DNA from: Candidatus Baldrarchaeum yapensis
GTDB taxonomy: Archaea; Asgardarchaeota; Baldrarchaeia; Baldrarchaeales; Baldrarchaeaceae
Direction of reading: 5' to 3'
Length of the DNA stretch: 32,000 nucleotides
NCBI GenBank assembly: GCA_016840465.1
Contig: JAEOSH010000007.1
Location: 1-32,000, forward strand
Part shown: positions 21,145 to 29,435 of the stretch, one piece after another
Position numbering within the stretch: the first letter of the stretch is position 1
How the letters are laid out: each line of letters starts with the position of its first letter
The notes under the pieces: model-generated
Seen by the model: only the letters and a program-made list of their open reading frames with translations
Told to the model about the DNA's origin: nothing
The model's database searches: none
Position numbers and translations under genes: made by a program

Positions 21145-21534
21145 TTATTTGAGATGCCCGTACTCCTCTAAGAACTCCAGCGATATATCTGATAAATTCC
21201 TCCTGACAAAAGAGATTGCCTTTGGTGTTAAGCAGGCTCTCACATATATGTTGCCGCATGATAATATGGCAACATACCCCTTCTTTTCCAACTTTTTCAA
21301 CGATGAAAGAACTAAGTTCGAAAGCTCCTCGTCACTAAGTAATAATCTGCCGTCTGGCAATTGAAATTCCTTTACATGTCTTAGAATTCTCTTTATACTC
21401 GATAAGTACCTTCGCTTAGTCTCATAAGGGCTTGCATAAAGCCACAAAATTATTATCAGGTCCACTAGCGAGAGATCCGGATCCGTGGACTGTATGTCCT
21501 TAAGTGCACGGGCCAACAGTTCCACTGCGGGCAT
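21145..21534 (-). CDS. Hypothetical protein, probable winged-helix fold
   Basis: TAATG coupling to the upstream gene; helix-rich with LKKLEKKGYV followed by a beta-hairpin and LTPKA, as in wHTH wings. Confidence 0.55.
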   Translation of the reverse strand: MPAVELLARALKDIQSTDPDLSLVDLIIILWLYASPYETKRRYLSSIKRILRHVKEFQLPDGRLLLSDEELSNLVLSSLKKLEKKGYVAILSCGNIYVRACLTPKAISFVRRNLSDISLEFLEEYGHLK

Positions 21535-22298
21535 TAACCTCCCACCCACTCGTAAGTTCCACTCACGTTCTTTATCACCATTCCCCTACTCAGAAGAGCC
21601 TCTAATGCGGCATCAGCTTGCTCGGAAGAAAAGCCCTCCTCAAGCATGAAATTCAGAAAGTCATCATAACTAGCTTGCGACATCCTCCTAAAGAACTCCA
21701 TGGCGACCTTGATAGGGTTCCTACTCTTGCGTGCCCTTACAGCGACTTTCCGCCGTACCCTTGATACGACGATACCTTCAACCCCACCGCTCATGTACTG
21801 AATGTGCCAGGGGTCCGGAAATATCACCATACCGTCACGTGCCATAGCTTCAATTCTTGATAACGCCCATTCTTCCTCAAGCCCATACTTTGCACAGAGT
21901 TTCCTAAAATCGTTTAGGTGTAACGGTTTCTGGCTGCAGCGCTCCTCCAATAACTTGAGTAATCTTCTTACCTTAGAATGCTCCGCAATCACAATTTCCT
22001 CAGCGCTACCTTTCTCCGCTCTCTCTTTCTCCTTTTCCGTAACTTCTAAAATTTCGAGAACCTTTTCTCGTTGCGCCTCCAATAATCTCTTAAAATCTTT
22101 CCATCCATCCCTCATGTTGAACTTCTTAACGAGAAGCGCGGCCTTGTACTTGTCATCAACTATGATGGCATTAGCGGTGCTTATCTTAATGACCTTCCCA
22201 CAATAGCTACATACTCTGGTCTTCTGCCCGATAGGGGAGTATGTAAAGTGCCCGCAGTGCTGGCATCGGAACACTAGGTACCGGTCCGCCAAGGGCAC
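21534..22298 (-). CDS. DUF1922-like zinc ribbon plus two C-terminal winged-helix-like domains
   Basis: YLVFRCQHCG...TRVCSYCG; two repeats ending ...RDGMVIFP..W.IQY and ...SRGMVIKN..GTYEW; RBS GGGG before GTG. Confidence 0.65.
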   Translation of the reverse strand: MPLADRYLVFRCQHCGHFTYSPIGQKTRVCSYCGKVIKISTANAIIVDDKYKAALLVKKFNMRDGWKDFKRLLEAQREKVLEILEVTEKEKERAEKGSAEEIVIAEHSKVRRLLKLLEERCSQKPLHLNDFRKLCAKYGLEEEWALSRIEAMARDGMVIFPDPWHIQYMSGGVEGIVVSRVRRKVAVRARKSRNPIKVAMEFFRRMSQASYDDFLNFMLEEGFSSEQADAALEALLSRGMVIKNVSGTYEWVGG

Positions 22299-22382
22299 CC
22301 CCTACCATTGCAAATATTAGAGGCGATGGAATTTTAACTGATGTGATGCGGACAAGAGAGGTATCACTGGGAGTGTATAGAT

Positions 22383-22964
22383 TTGGAAAGCGATGTTGAA
22401 ACACTTGCCGAATTGAAGAAGTATCTTGAAACGGAAATAGAGAAGCGAATGAAGGAAGTAAATATGCTCAAGAAATTTCTACGTGTAATCGACAATCTAC
22501 TCGTTAAAAAGAGTTTCGTGCGCGCATCTGAGATGTTAAAAGGGGGCGAAGTCCCGCACATGGAAACCAGAAAAATAGTATCTCAAAAGACCGGGGAAAC
22601 TCTCGCATACATGTACATAGAACCGAAGAGAGTGAGGATAGTTATAAGTGAAAACGTAATCGTGGACTCGCGGTCCGCGCCCTTCAGATCTTTCTTCGTC
22701 GGTAGAGTTCTAGAACCGTTGCGCAGAAAGGATGTGGAACTGAAAAAAATGGGTAAGATATCGGATGAGGAGGCTTTTAACTATGATATAATTCTCGATG
22801 GGAATATAGTCAGGGAAATAATACTGGAAAACTACGGCACAGGGGAACAACTCAGAAGACTCGAGGACAAACTGAGATGGACCCTAGAAACCGCAATGAA
22901 AAGTTTAAGAGCCGAGACCAGAACAGAAGATAGCCGCTATTCTGATTACTACCAAGAGTGGTAA
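22383..22964 (+). CDS. Conserved archaeal hypothetical protein (N-terminal coiled coil, PFRSFF motif)
   Basis: 193-aa open frame with RBS GGGAG. The pattern SF.RAS...APF.SFF..R...IREII.ENY...R..W resembles an uncharacterised family recalled from Thaumarchaeota/TACK genomes. Confidence 0.6.
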   Translation: MESDVETLAELKKYLETEIEKRMKEVNMLKKFLRVIDNLLVKKSFVRASEMLKGGEVPHMETRKIVSQKTGETLAYMYIEPKRVRIVISENVIVDSRSAPFRSFFVGRVLEPLRRKDVELKKMGKISDEEAFNYDIILDGNIVREIILENYGTGEQLRRLEDKLRWTLETAMKSLRAETRTEDSRYSDYYQEW

Positions 22965-24250
22965 CAATGGAGGAACTCGTGGAGGAAGCCCTGAAAATAG
23001 TAAGACCGGCAAAGTTCCTCGAAAACCTCTATTTGCCAAATTACGAGAGAAATGTTTTCATGGTCATGCCAACAGCATATGCACTCATGGGGATTGAGGT
23101 AGAAAACAGAAGGACTCTTCTCGGAAACAAGAAGATAAAAAAAGTCTTCGAAGACGCCGGATGCATGAGCGTAAAAAACGTAATCGCCATACTAATAGAC
23201 TCTCTCGGATTCGAACAGATACCCTACTCTAGAATCCTGATGAGAGCAAGGGAGTCCGGTAACCTCATTTTACTATCCTCCGTGTTTCCCACAATAACAT
23301 CAACCGTTCTGACATCCATATACACGGGAGTTCCGCCAGAATGTCATGGAATTGTCGGGTTCAAAATATACATCCCCGAAATAGGTAACGTTGTGGACAC
23401 TCTCAACATGTGCACCCTCGATGCACGTGAAAGGGACGCCCTGCCATCAGTAGGCGTCAACATAAAGGTGTTCATGTGGGAACAAACAGTATATGAAAAC
23501 GTGAGCGATGACCACTTACATGTAAGACTGTTAGAGAGTGCAATTGCCAGAACGGGGATCTCTAAACTCATTTCCGAGGATGTAAAACACCTGCTGGGAT
23601 ATCACAACATGATCGATTGTTTTTCAACCGCAAGAGAATTGTTAACAAGATATCAAGACAGAAAAATATTAATGGAAATATATACGGGGCTCTTAGACGA
23701 ATTGGCGCACGTTTACGGGCCAAATAGCCGTGAATACATGCTGGGATTGCGGTATCTCGAAGAAAATCTGCTAAGGCTGGCATTTGAACTTGACGACCGA
23801 ATCTGCGAAAATACGGCGGTTCTCATATTTTCTGATCACGGACAAGTGGAGCTGGGCAACGGTGAAGTTGTGAAACTAAAGAGAGAGGACTTCGAAGAAG
23901 CAAAGGAGTTCCTTCTTGCAAGACCAGGAAAGAGCGGGAGAATAATGCACTTTTACGTTAAAGAGGAGAAAGTAGACGAGTTTAGAAAGTGGATCGAGGA
24001 CAAGACGGGAGGAAAACTGGTGATGGAATTTGACCGTATCTTTAAACGTGTTTACCCGTACAAGAAAAACAAGGACGCGATCAAAGCGAGACTCGGAAAC
24101 TTGATAGGATTCTTCGAAATGGTAATTGAAAGAGATGAGGAGGAAATTCTGCCACCTAGAATCGTAAGTTCTCATGGCTCTCTCCTGCTTAATGAACTTG
24201 TAGTCCCACTTGCGTTCTTCCGTCTCAGTGATCTGAGAACAATCATTTGA
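22958..24250 (+). CDS. Alkaline phosphatase superfamily (NPP / type I phosphodiesterase-like) protein
   Basis: ILIDSLG, VFPTITS (Thr nucleophile), HGIVG, D..AH..GP, FSDHGQ and SHGSL. Confidence 0.87.
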   Translation: MVTMEELVEEALKIVRPAKFLENLYLPNYERNVFMVMPTAYALMGIEVENRRTLLGNKKIKKVFEDAGCMSVKNVIAILIDSLGFEQIPYSRILMRARESGNLILLSSVFPTITSTVLTSIYTGVPPECHGIVGFKIYIPEIGNVVDTLNMCTLDARERDALPSVGVNIKVFMWEQTVYENVSDDHLHVRLLESAIARTGISKLISEDVKHLLGYHNMIDCFSTARELLTRYQDRKILMEIYTGLLDELAHVYGPNSREYMLGLRYLEENLLRLAFELDDRICENTAVLIFSDHGQVELGNGEVVKLKREDFEEAKEFLLARPGKSGRIMHFYVKEEKVDEFRKWIEDKTGGKLVMEFDRIFKRVYPYKKNKDAIKARLGNLIGFFEMVIERDEEEILPPRIVSSHGSLLLNELVVPLAFFRLSDLRTII

Positions 24251-24321
24251 ATGGCAATTAGGTAAGAGTTAAAGTTCTTTCGGGCCAAAATATTAAACCG
24301 GAAAAATATCAAACTTTCAAA

Positions 24322-25488
24322 GTGAGGAAGATGATCTTCAGGGTTTTTAGATATTCAAAGCCAACCGAAAAGGAATGCAAGGTCTGCGGAAAGAAAAGCA
24401 TACTAATTGCGGAAGTGCTGGGCGTATGTGGCGAATGTATAAGGGAAAATCCCGAAAGCGCACTCCCCTATGCAAGAGAGGCCCATGCCTACAGTAAGAG
24501 AATGTTTAACCTCCCCTCTGAACCTCCTAGGGATAAAAATGGCGTAAAATGCGGAATGTGTGTCAATCAGTGTCAGATACCCGAAGGTGGATTGGGTTTT
24601 TGCGGTCTCGTCAAGAACGTTGGAGGAAAACTCGTAAGACTTGCAGGCACCCCAGAAAAGGGATTACTTGAATGGTATTATGATCCGTTGCCGACAAATT
24701 GTGTTGCATATTTTGTATGCCCTGGCTGCACGGGGGCTGGATATCCAAAATACGCCTATAGAAATGGCCCGGAGGTTGGATACGAGAATCTGGCAGTATT
24801 TTACGGATCATGTACATTTGATTGCCTATTCTGCCAAAACTGGCACTTTAGGGACCTGACTGCAAAACTTCGCCCCTTGATGAGCGCAAAGGAACTCGCA
24901 AGCAAAGTGAACAAGCGTGTAAGTTGCATTTGCTACTTTGGCGGAGACCCTAGCTCTCAAATGCTACATGCTCTTAGGACATCCGAACTTGCAATCGAAA
25001 GGGCAAAGCAGTGGAATGGAATAATGAGAATATGCTGGGAGACCAACGGTACCATGAATTGGCGTCTTCTTGAAAAAGCAGCAGAATTATCGTTTGAAAG
25101 TGGTGGATGCATAAAATTCGATCTTAAGGCCTGGACCGAATCGATAAACATAGCCCTCACAGGTGTGACTAATAGACAAACGCTAGAAAACTTCCGCAAA
25201 CTCGGAAAGTACTTCCATGAAAGACCAAACCCGCCATTCCTGATAGCAAGTACTCTACTGGTTCCTGGATATGTGGACACAGAGGAGGTCCGCCAGATAG
25301 CATCATTTCTGGCAGATATAAGCCCTGACATTCCGTACTCTCTACTTGCATTCCATCCACAATATCTGATGAGCGATCTTCCAACAACTAGCCGAAGACA
25401 CGCGGAGGAATGCCTGAAAGCAGCAAAGGAGGAAGGTCTTACCAATGTCCATATAGGTAACGTGTGGTTGCTGTCAAATGCTTATTAA
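24322..25488 (+). CDS. Radical SAM protein (PFL-activase / AmmeMemoRadiSam-like) with Cys-rich N-terminus
   Basis: CTFDCLFCQNW, GGDP, ETNG, FDLKA and LLAFHPQY; N-terminal CxxC pairs. Confidence 0.85.
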   Translation: MRKMIFRVFRYSKPTEKECKVCGKKSILIAEVLGVCGECIRENPESALPYAREAHAYSKRMFNLPSEPPRDKNGVKCGMCVNQCQIPEGGLGFCGLVKNVGGKLVRLAGTPEKGLLEWYYDPLPTNCVAYFVCPGCTGAGYPKYAYRNGPEVGYENLAVFYGSCTFDCLFCQNWHFRDLTAKLRPLMSAKELASKVNKRVSCICYFGGDPSSQMLHALRTSELAIERAKQWNGIMRICWETNGTMNWRLLEKAAELSFESGGCIKFDLKAWTESINIALTGVTNRQTLENFRKLGKYFHERPNPPFLIASTLLVPGYVDTEEVRQIASFLADISPDIPYSLLAFHPQYLMSDLPTTSRRHAEECLKAAKEEGLTNVHIGNVWLLSNAY

Positions 25489-26892
25489 CTAAAAAATGTG
25501 CATTTGTGAAATTCTTAACGGCGGAGCGCCCACTCCAACCGGGATATCGCCCTCCGTATGCGCGTATAACCTGACCTTCTTCCCTATCCCGTTGATACCG
25601 TTTAAAAACTTACTTATCTCCTCACTAACAGTCAGATCTCTTACAGCAATCTTTATCTCTCCCTTCTCTATCAAAAATGCTATCTGAGGCTTTATGGTTA
25701 TTCTTCCTCCTTCTATCTCAACCCCTCGTACACCGTGCAAGTAGAACCCAAGATCTACACCCTCTATCAATTCTTCAAGGGACCAATCCTTAGATCTCAC
25801 ATACACGTTGCCTGGAATTGCGTGAGGCACGGATCGTAGTCCTCTCCCGTTACCCGTTGGCTCCTCCCCCATCAATGTTGCGTGCAACTTTGTGTTTATG
25901 ATGGTCACAAGATATCCATCCTCCATGATCTTCTTTCTCCGTGTCCTCACACCCTCATCATCGAAGGCGTAGGACCCATATCCATTCGACAACATCGGAT
26001 CATCGAAAATTGTCAATTCCTCGCTTGCAACTCTTGTACCTATGAGCTCCGTTGGTTGCTGTCCACTGACAAAAATACTATCCGAGGTGAACTTCTCAAG
26101 CAGAATCTTATATATTGCCATAGCACTCAAATCGCAATCTAAAACCACTGGTAATCTTCTTCCTCTCCATAAAGGATTAAGAACCCTCGCACCTGTCAAA
26201 TGCCTAGCAATACCCGCACAATTGTTCACTAACTGCTCAATAATTCCAGAAAACATAACCTCCATGCCGCCAACACTGCCCACCCTAAACCCCATTCCAA
26301 GCACCTTTCTACGCGGAACCTTAACATTAACCTCAAATTCTACCCCGGAAAATGGTCTCTCCTCATAAATGTCTGTGCCATCACTGCCCAGCACCCTTTT
26401 AGAAATCTTCCTATAGGTCATCCTTGTCCTCGAACTCAAATAATAGGTCCCTAACACATCAATGGCAAGTGCGCGTATCTTTGATAAGAAGTCCGCAAAA
26501 TCAGACGGGCTTAAACTTGTAGGAGGAAGTCTCTCGGGAATCACAAAACTTCCCTGCCCTGCGCCCCAATCGAAAATTTTACTGCTTAACTGATGAAGCT
26601 TTGCATAACCGCACAGTGTTGCGGCAAATACGGCTCGATCTAGGGCCTTTTGTAAACCTTCGGGCGAAATATCGTCAGTAACTTCTATTCCCCAGCCCCT
26701 CTTGGTGAGAACCCTAGCGACTCCGTATTTTCTCCTAGACTGCTCTCTAATGAAGGTACCATCACATCCCTCAACACTGAAAGTCTCCTCCTGTACGAGT
26801 ACGACTTCCGCGTGCAGCGCGCCCTTATCAGTGATGCCTTTTAATACCTCGTGTATTGAACCCACAGGACTTATGTCCCCCGTCTGTAACAC
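25489..26892 (-). CDS. TldD/PmbA-family protein lacking the HExxxH site
   Basis: PVVLD, IFDDP, FDDEGV, PTGNGR and C-terminal PVGVGAP; YKILLE where TldD has HE...H. Confidence 0.82.
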   Translation of the reverse strand: MLQTGDISPVGSIHEVLKGITDKGALHAEVVLVQEETFSVEGCDGTFIREQSRRKYGVARVLTKRGWGIEVTDDISPEGLQKALDRAVFAATLCGYAKLHQLSSKIFDWGAGQGSFVIPERLPPTSLSPSDFADFLSKIRALAIDVLGTYYLSSRTRMTYRKISKRVLGSDGTDIYEERPFSGVEFEVNVKVPRRKVLGMGFRVGSVGGMEVMFSGIIEQLVNNCAGIARHLTGARVLNPLWRGRRLPVVLDCDLSAMAIYKILLEKFTSDSIFVSGQQPTELIGTRVASEELTIFDDPMLSNGYGSYAFDDEGVRTRRKKIMEDGYLVTIINTKLHATLMGEEPTGNGRGLRSVPHAIPGNVYVRSKDWSLEELIEGVDLGFYLHGVRGVEIEGGRITIKPQIAFLIEKGEIKIAVRDLTVSEEISKFLNGINGIGKKVRLYAHTEGDIPVGVGAPPLRISQMHIF

Positions 26893-26942
26893 TTCCCGTT
26901 CTCTATTCTAATCTTTTAATAACCCTGCGCAACCTATATTAG

Positions 26943-27161
26943 TTACTCCTCCCTGTAAAGCGAGAAACCGAATATTAGGAGGAAAAGCATCACCATAAGT
27001 ACCGGAACCCATTGGTCTGGCTGTCCATGCACCAGCAATACTATTAGAATTATCATCAGAATGACGGCGAACGTGAGCATGCCTATTGCCGCAACAGTAG
27101 CTTTGCTAACCTTCCTTATCTCCTCGGACAGTGAGGTCTCCTTATTCATCATTAACACCAC
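26943..27161 (-). CDS. Small two-TM membrane protein
   Basis: Two hydrophobic helices joined by a GQPDQ turn; co-oriented with and 50 bp upstream of the TldD-like gene. The start may be 27152 or 27149. Confidence 0.6.
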   Translation of the reverse strand: MVLMMNKETSLSEEIRKVSKATVAAIGMLTFAVILMIILIVLLVHGQPDQWVPVLMVMLFLLIFGFSLYREE

Positions 27162-27398
27162 ACGCTTGCCACCACTTTAATACACACCTCGCACTTTTAT
27201 AACCTGCGGATCATGGGGTTAGCGATCCTGTAAAAATAAAATTTGTGCAATTTCGAGCACATGGTTCATCGGCAATTCTAATAAATGCTCGAATGTCCAA
27301 AGCCCCATAACGACCGTTTCACATGAGTGTAAATTTTTAAATGACCATTCGCTCTACGCAAACGTACATATAGCAAGAAAAACGGTGAGGGTAACTCT

Positions 27399-28292
27399 GT
27401 GCAGTTAGAGGAAGTGAAATCTCTAGCATTGCAGATCTCCGACTTGCGAAAGAGAAGATTTGAAATAATAGAAGAGTTAAAGAAATTGCGAGAAACGGCA
27501 AGGAAATACAGAGAGGAGAGGGATAAGATAAACGCAAAGGTCAAGGAGATATCAGAGAAAATAAGGGAGATAAGAAGCCGCAGGGGAGAGATAATAGAAA
27601 ATCTGAAATTCTTGAGGGAAGTAAGGAGAACTCTGCGCGAAAAAATAAGAAAAATAATAGGAGAAATCCGAGAAATCCGAGGATCTATGCCAAAGGTGCG
27701 CGGAAACCCTCAACGCCTCTTAGAACTGAGGGATCGCCTCGATTGGAGAATACAAACGGAGGCACTTTCGCTCGAAGAGGAGAAGAGATTGATAAAGGAG
27801 ATAATCCGTATAGAACAGGAGTTGCTCGTATACTACGAACGAGAGGAAAAAAGGGCTCAAATAGAGAATCTGAGGAAGCATCTCGATGAACTCAGAACCC
27901 AACTTGAGGAGCTACAGGGAAAGATAGATGAGGAGCAAAAGAAAGTTGATGAGTACAACCAGCAAATAGAGGAATTAATGAAGATGAGAGACGAATATAA
28001 ACAGCAGGCAGACGCCTATCACAAGAACTATCTAAATGCACGGGAAAGAATAAGGGCCCTCGAGCAAGAGTTGGAAAACATTTCACAAATGATAAAAGAT
28101 GGAACGAAAAAGCTAAAAGAGGCAAAGGCCATGGCGCTTGCACAGAAAATCCTAGAGAGGTGGAAAGAGGAGGAGGAAATGATACGCGAAAGGGTAAAAC
28201 GAATAGAGGAGAAGTTCAAGAAGACGAGAAGGTTAACCTTAGAAGAATTCATTCTTCTACAACAATATAGGGATCTACTCAAGAAGTCGTAA
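27399..28292 (+). CDS. Archaeal coiled-coil protein (COG1340-like)
   Basis: Heptad-rich E/K/R sequence with LDWRIQTEALSLEEE and C-terminal RLTLEEF signatures. Confidence 0.8.
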   Translation: MQLEEVKSLALQISDLRKRRFEIIEELKKLRETARKYREERDKINAKVKEISEKIREIRSRRGEIIENLKFLREVRRTLREKIRKIIGEIREIRGSMPKVRGNPQRLLELRDRLDWRIQTEALSLEEEKRLIKEIIRIEQELLVYYEREEKRAQIENLRKHLDELRTQLEELQGKIDEEQKKVDEYNQQIEELMKMRDEYKQQADAYHKNYLNARERIRALEQELENISQMIKDGTKKLKEAKAMALAQKILERWKEEEEMIRERVKRIEEKFKKTRRLTLEEFILLQQYRDLLKKS

Positions 28293-28383
28293 CGGCATAA
28301 AGTCCACGGTAATATGAAACAATATATTTCCGCGTTCTAAATTTTCTGACAACACCAAACCCATTAAAGCGGGGGGCCTCTCT

Positions 28384-28761
28384 CTGATACATGCAATACT
28401 AGTGCTCGAAGACTCAGGGATTCCGGTCGTTGTGAAAAGTTTGAGACCTCTTCCGACAAATGAGGTCCTTATCTCAGGATACCTCGTTGCCTTGGACTCC
28501 CTTGCAAGAACACTATCCATGGGGAGGTGTCAACTTTACAGGACCGAAAAATACAACCTTATCTTCTCTCACAACGGCAACATAATAGTAGTACTAATAA
28601 CGGACCCTCACGATGAGATTGAACGCGCAAGAGAACTCGCAGACAAAATTCTGGCAGAAATCTCAAATTTGAAGAACGAAGACCCCGAATATCTGGAACA
28701 GGTTCTGGAGAAGTACATACCATTGGGAATATCAGAACAATTTTCTATACGCGCGGATTAA
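28384..28761 (+). CDS. Longin-like domain protein (probable CTG start)
   Basis: LIHAILVLEDSGIPV...NEVLISGYLVALDSLARTL...YNLIF...IIVVLITD matches the longin beta-beta-alpha-beta-beta-beta-alpha order. G6 RBS at 28371-28376. The ORF track starts it at GTG 28402. Confidence 0.65.
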   Translation: MIHAILVLEDSGIPVVVKSLRPLPTNEVLISGYLVALDSLARTLSMGRCQLYRTEKYNLIFSHNGNIIVVLITDPHDEIERARELADKILAEISNLKNEDPEYLEQVLEKYIPLGISEQFSIRAD

Positions 28762-29112
28762 AAGTCTCAAAAGACCGCTCATATGCTTATAATTAAGCTT
28801 CACAGGTATGAATAACTGCTTTATTTGCCCGTTTTCCTTATAAAGCATCAAGAACCCATCCTTCGTTTTCTGGAATTCGACATCATAGAGCTTTCCGTGT
28901 ATTGAGAAGGATCTACCATCTGCAAGCATCCTCATCAACTCCATCAACTCATCTTTTGTCATCTTAAGCGAGGCCTTGCTCTTACCAAGATTCATCTCTA
29001 ACTCGTAAATCTTTGTCTTTTTTAGAAGTTTGCCCACCACGGTCTCCTTCAGAAGCATGTTGTCTACCTGTGCAATGATTCTCTCGCCGTTCCCTTTCAT
29101 TGCCACCACCAT
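28732..29112 (-). CDS. Hypothetical protein (126 aa)
   Basis: Strong RBS GAGGTGA at 29125-29119 and natural composition; no family recognised. Confidence 0.6.
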   Translation of the reverse strand: MVVAMKGNGERIIAQVDNMLLKETVVGKLLKKTKIYELEMNLGKSKASLKMTKDELMELMRMLADGRSFSIHGKLYDVEFQKTKDGFLMLYKENGQIKQLFIPVKLNYKHMSGLLRLLIRAYRKLF

Positions 29113-29189
29113 CGCCGATCACCTCGTTTCTTCCTCATAATATAATAAATAGTTGTCATATAAAAAGTTATTTTTTGAAGTGATATCTA

Positions 29190-29208
29190 TTACAACTATG
29201 AGTTGTAA
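29190..29208. promoter_or_regulatory. Perfect palindrome TTACAACT-ATG-AGTTGTAA, candidate operator
   Basis: 8-3-8 inverted repeat in a divergent intergenic region, with a half-site AGTTGT at 29151-29156. Confidence 0.45.
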
Positions 29209-29435
29209 AGAAATTGCTCTTTTATTCTTAAAAAGGCATTGCGGTACTGATGCTTTTCATGCAAGAATGTAAAGCAACCTCTGAACCTATGTCATACGTT
29301 TTGTTGACAAAATGCCGAAATGCCGAAAGCCTATCACTGATAACATCGATGACCGCCACGCCTATCGGCTTGATTTAAATAATTCCTCGTGACCAAAATA
29401 CACGATATGTGTCTCACTAAAAGAAGTGATTCGAA

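Noticed and set aside
29310-29328. Tandem AAATGCCG-AAATGCCG-AAA repeat
   Set aside because: Only two 8-bp units, consistent with slippage; not CRISPR-like or iteron-like.
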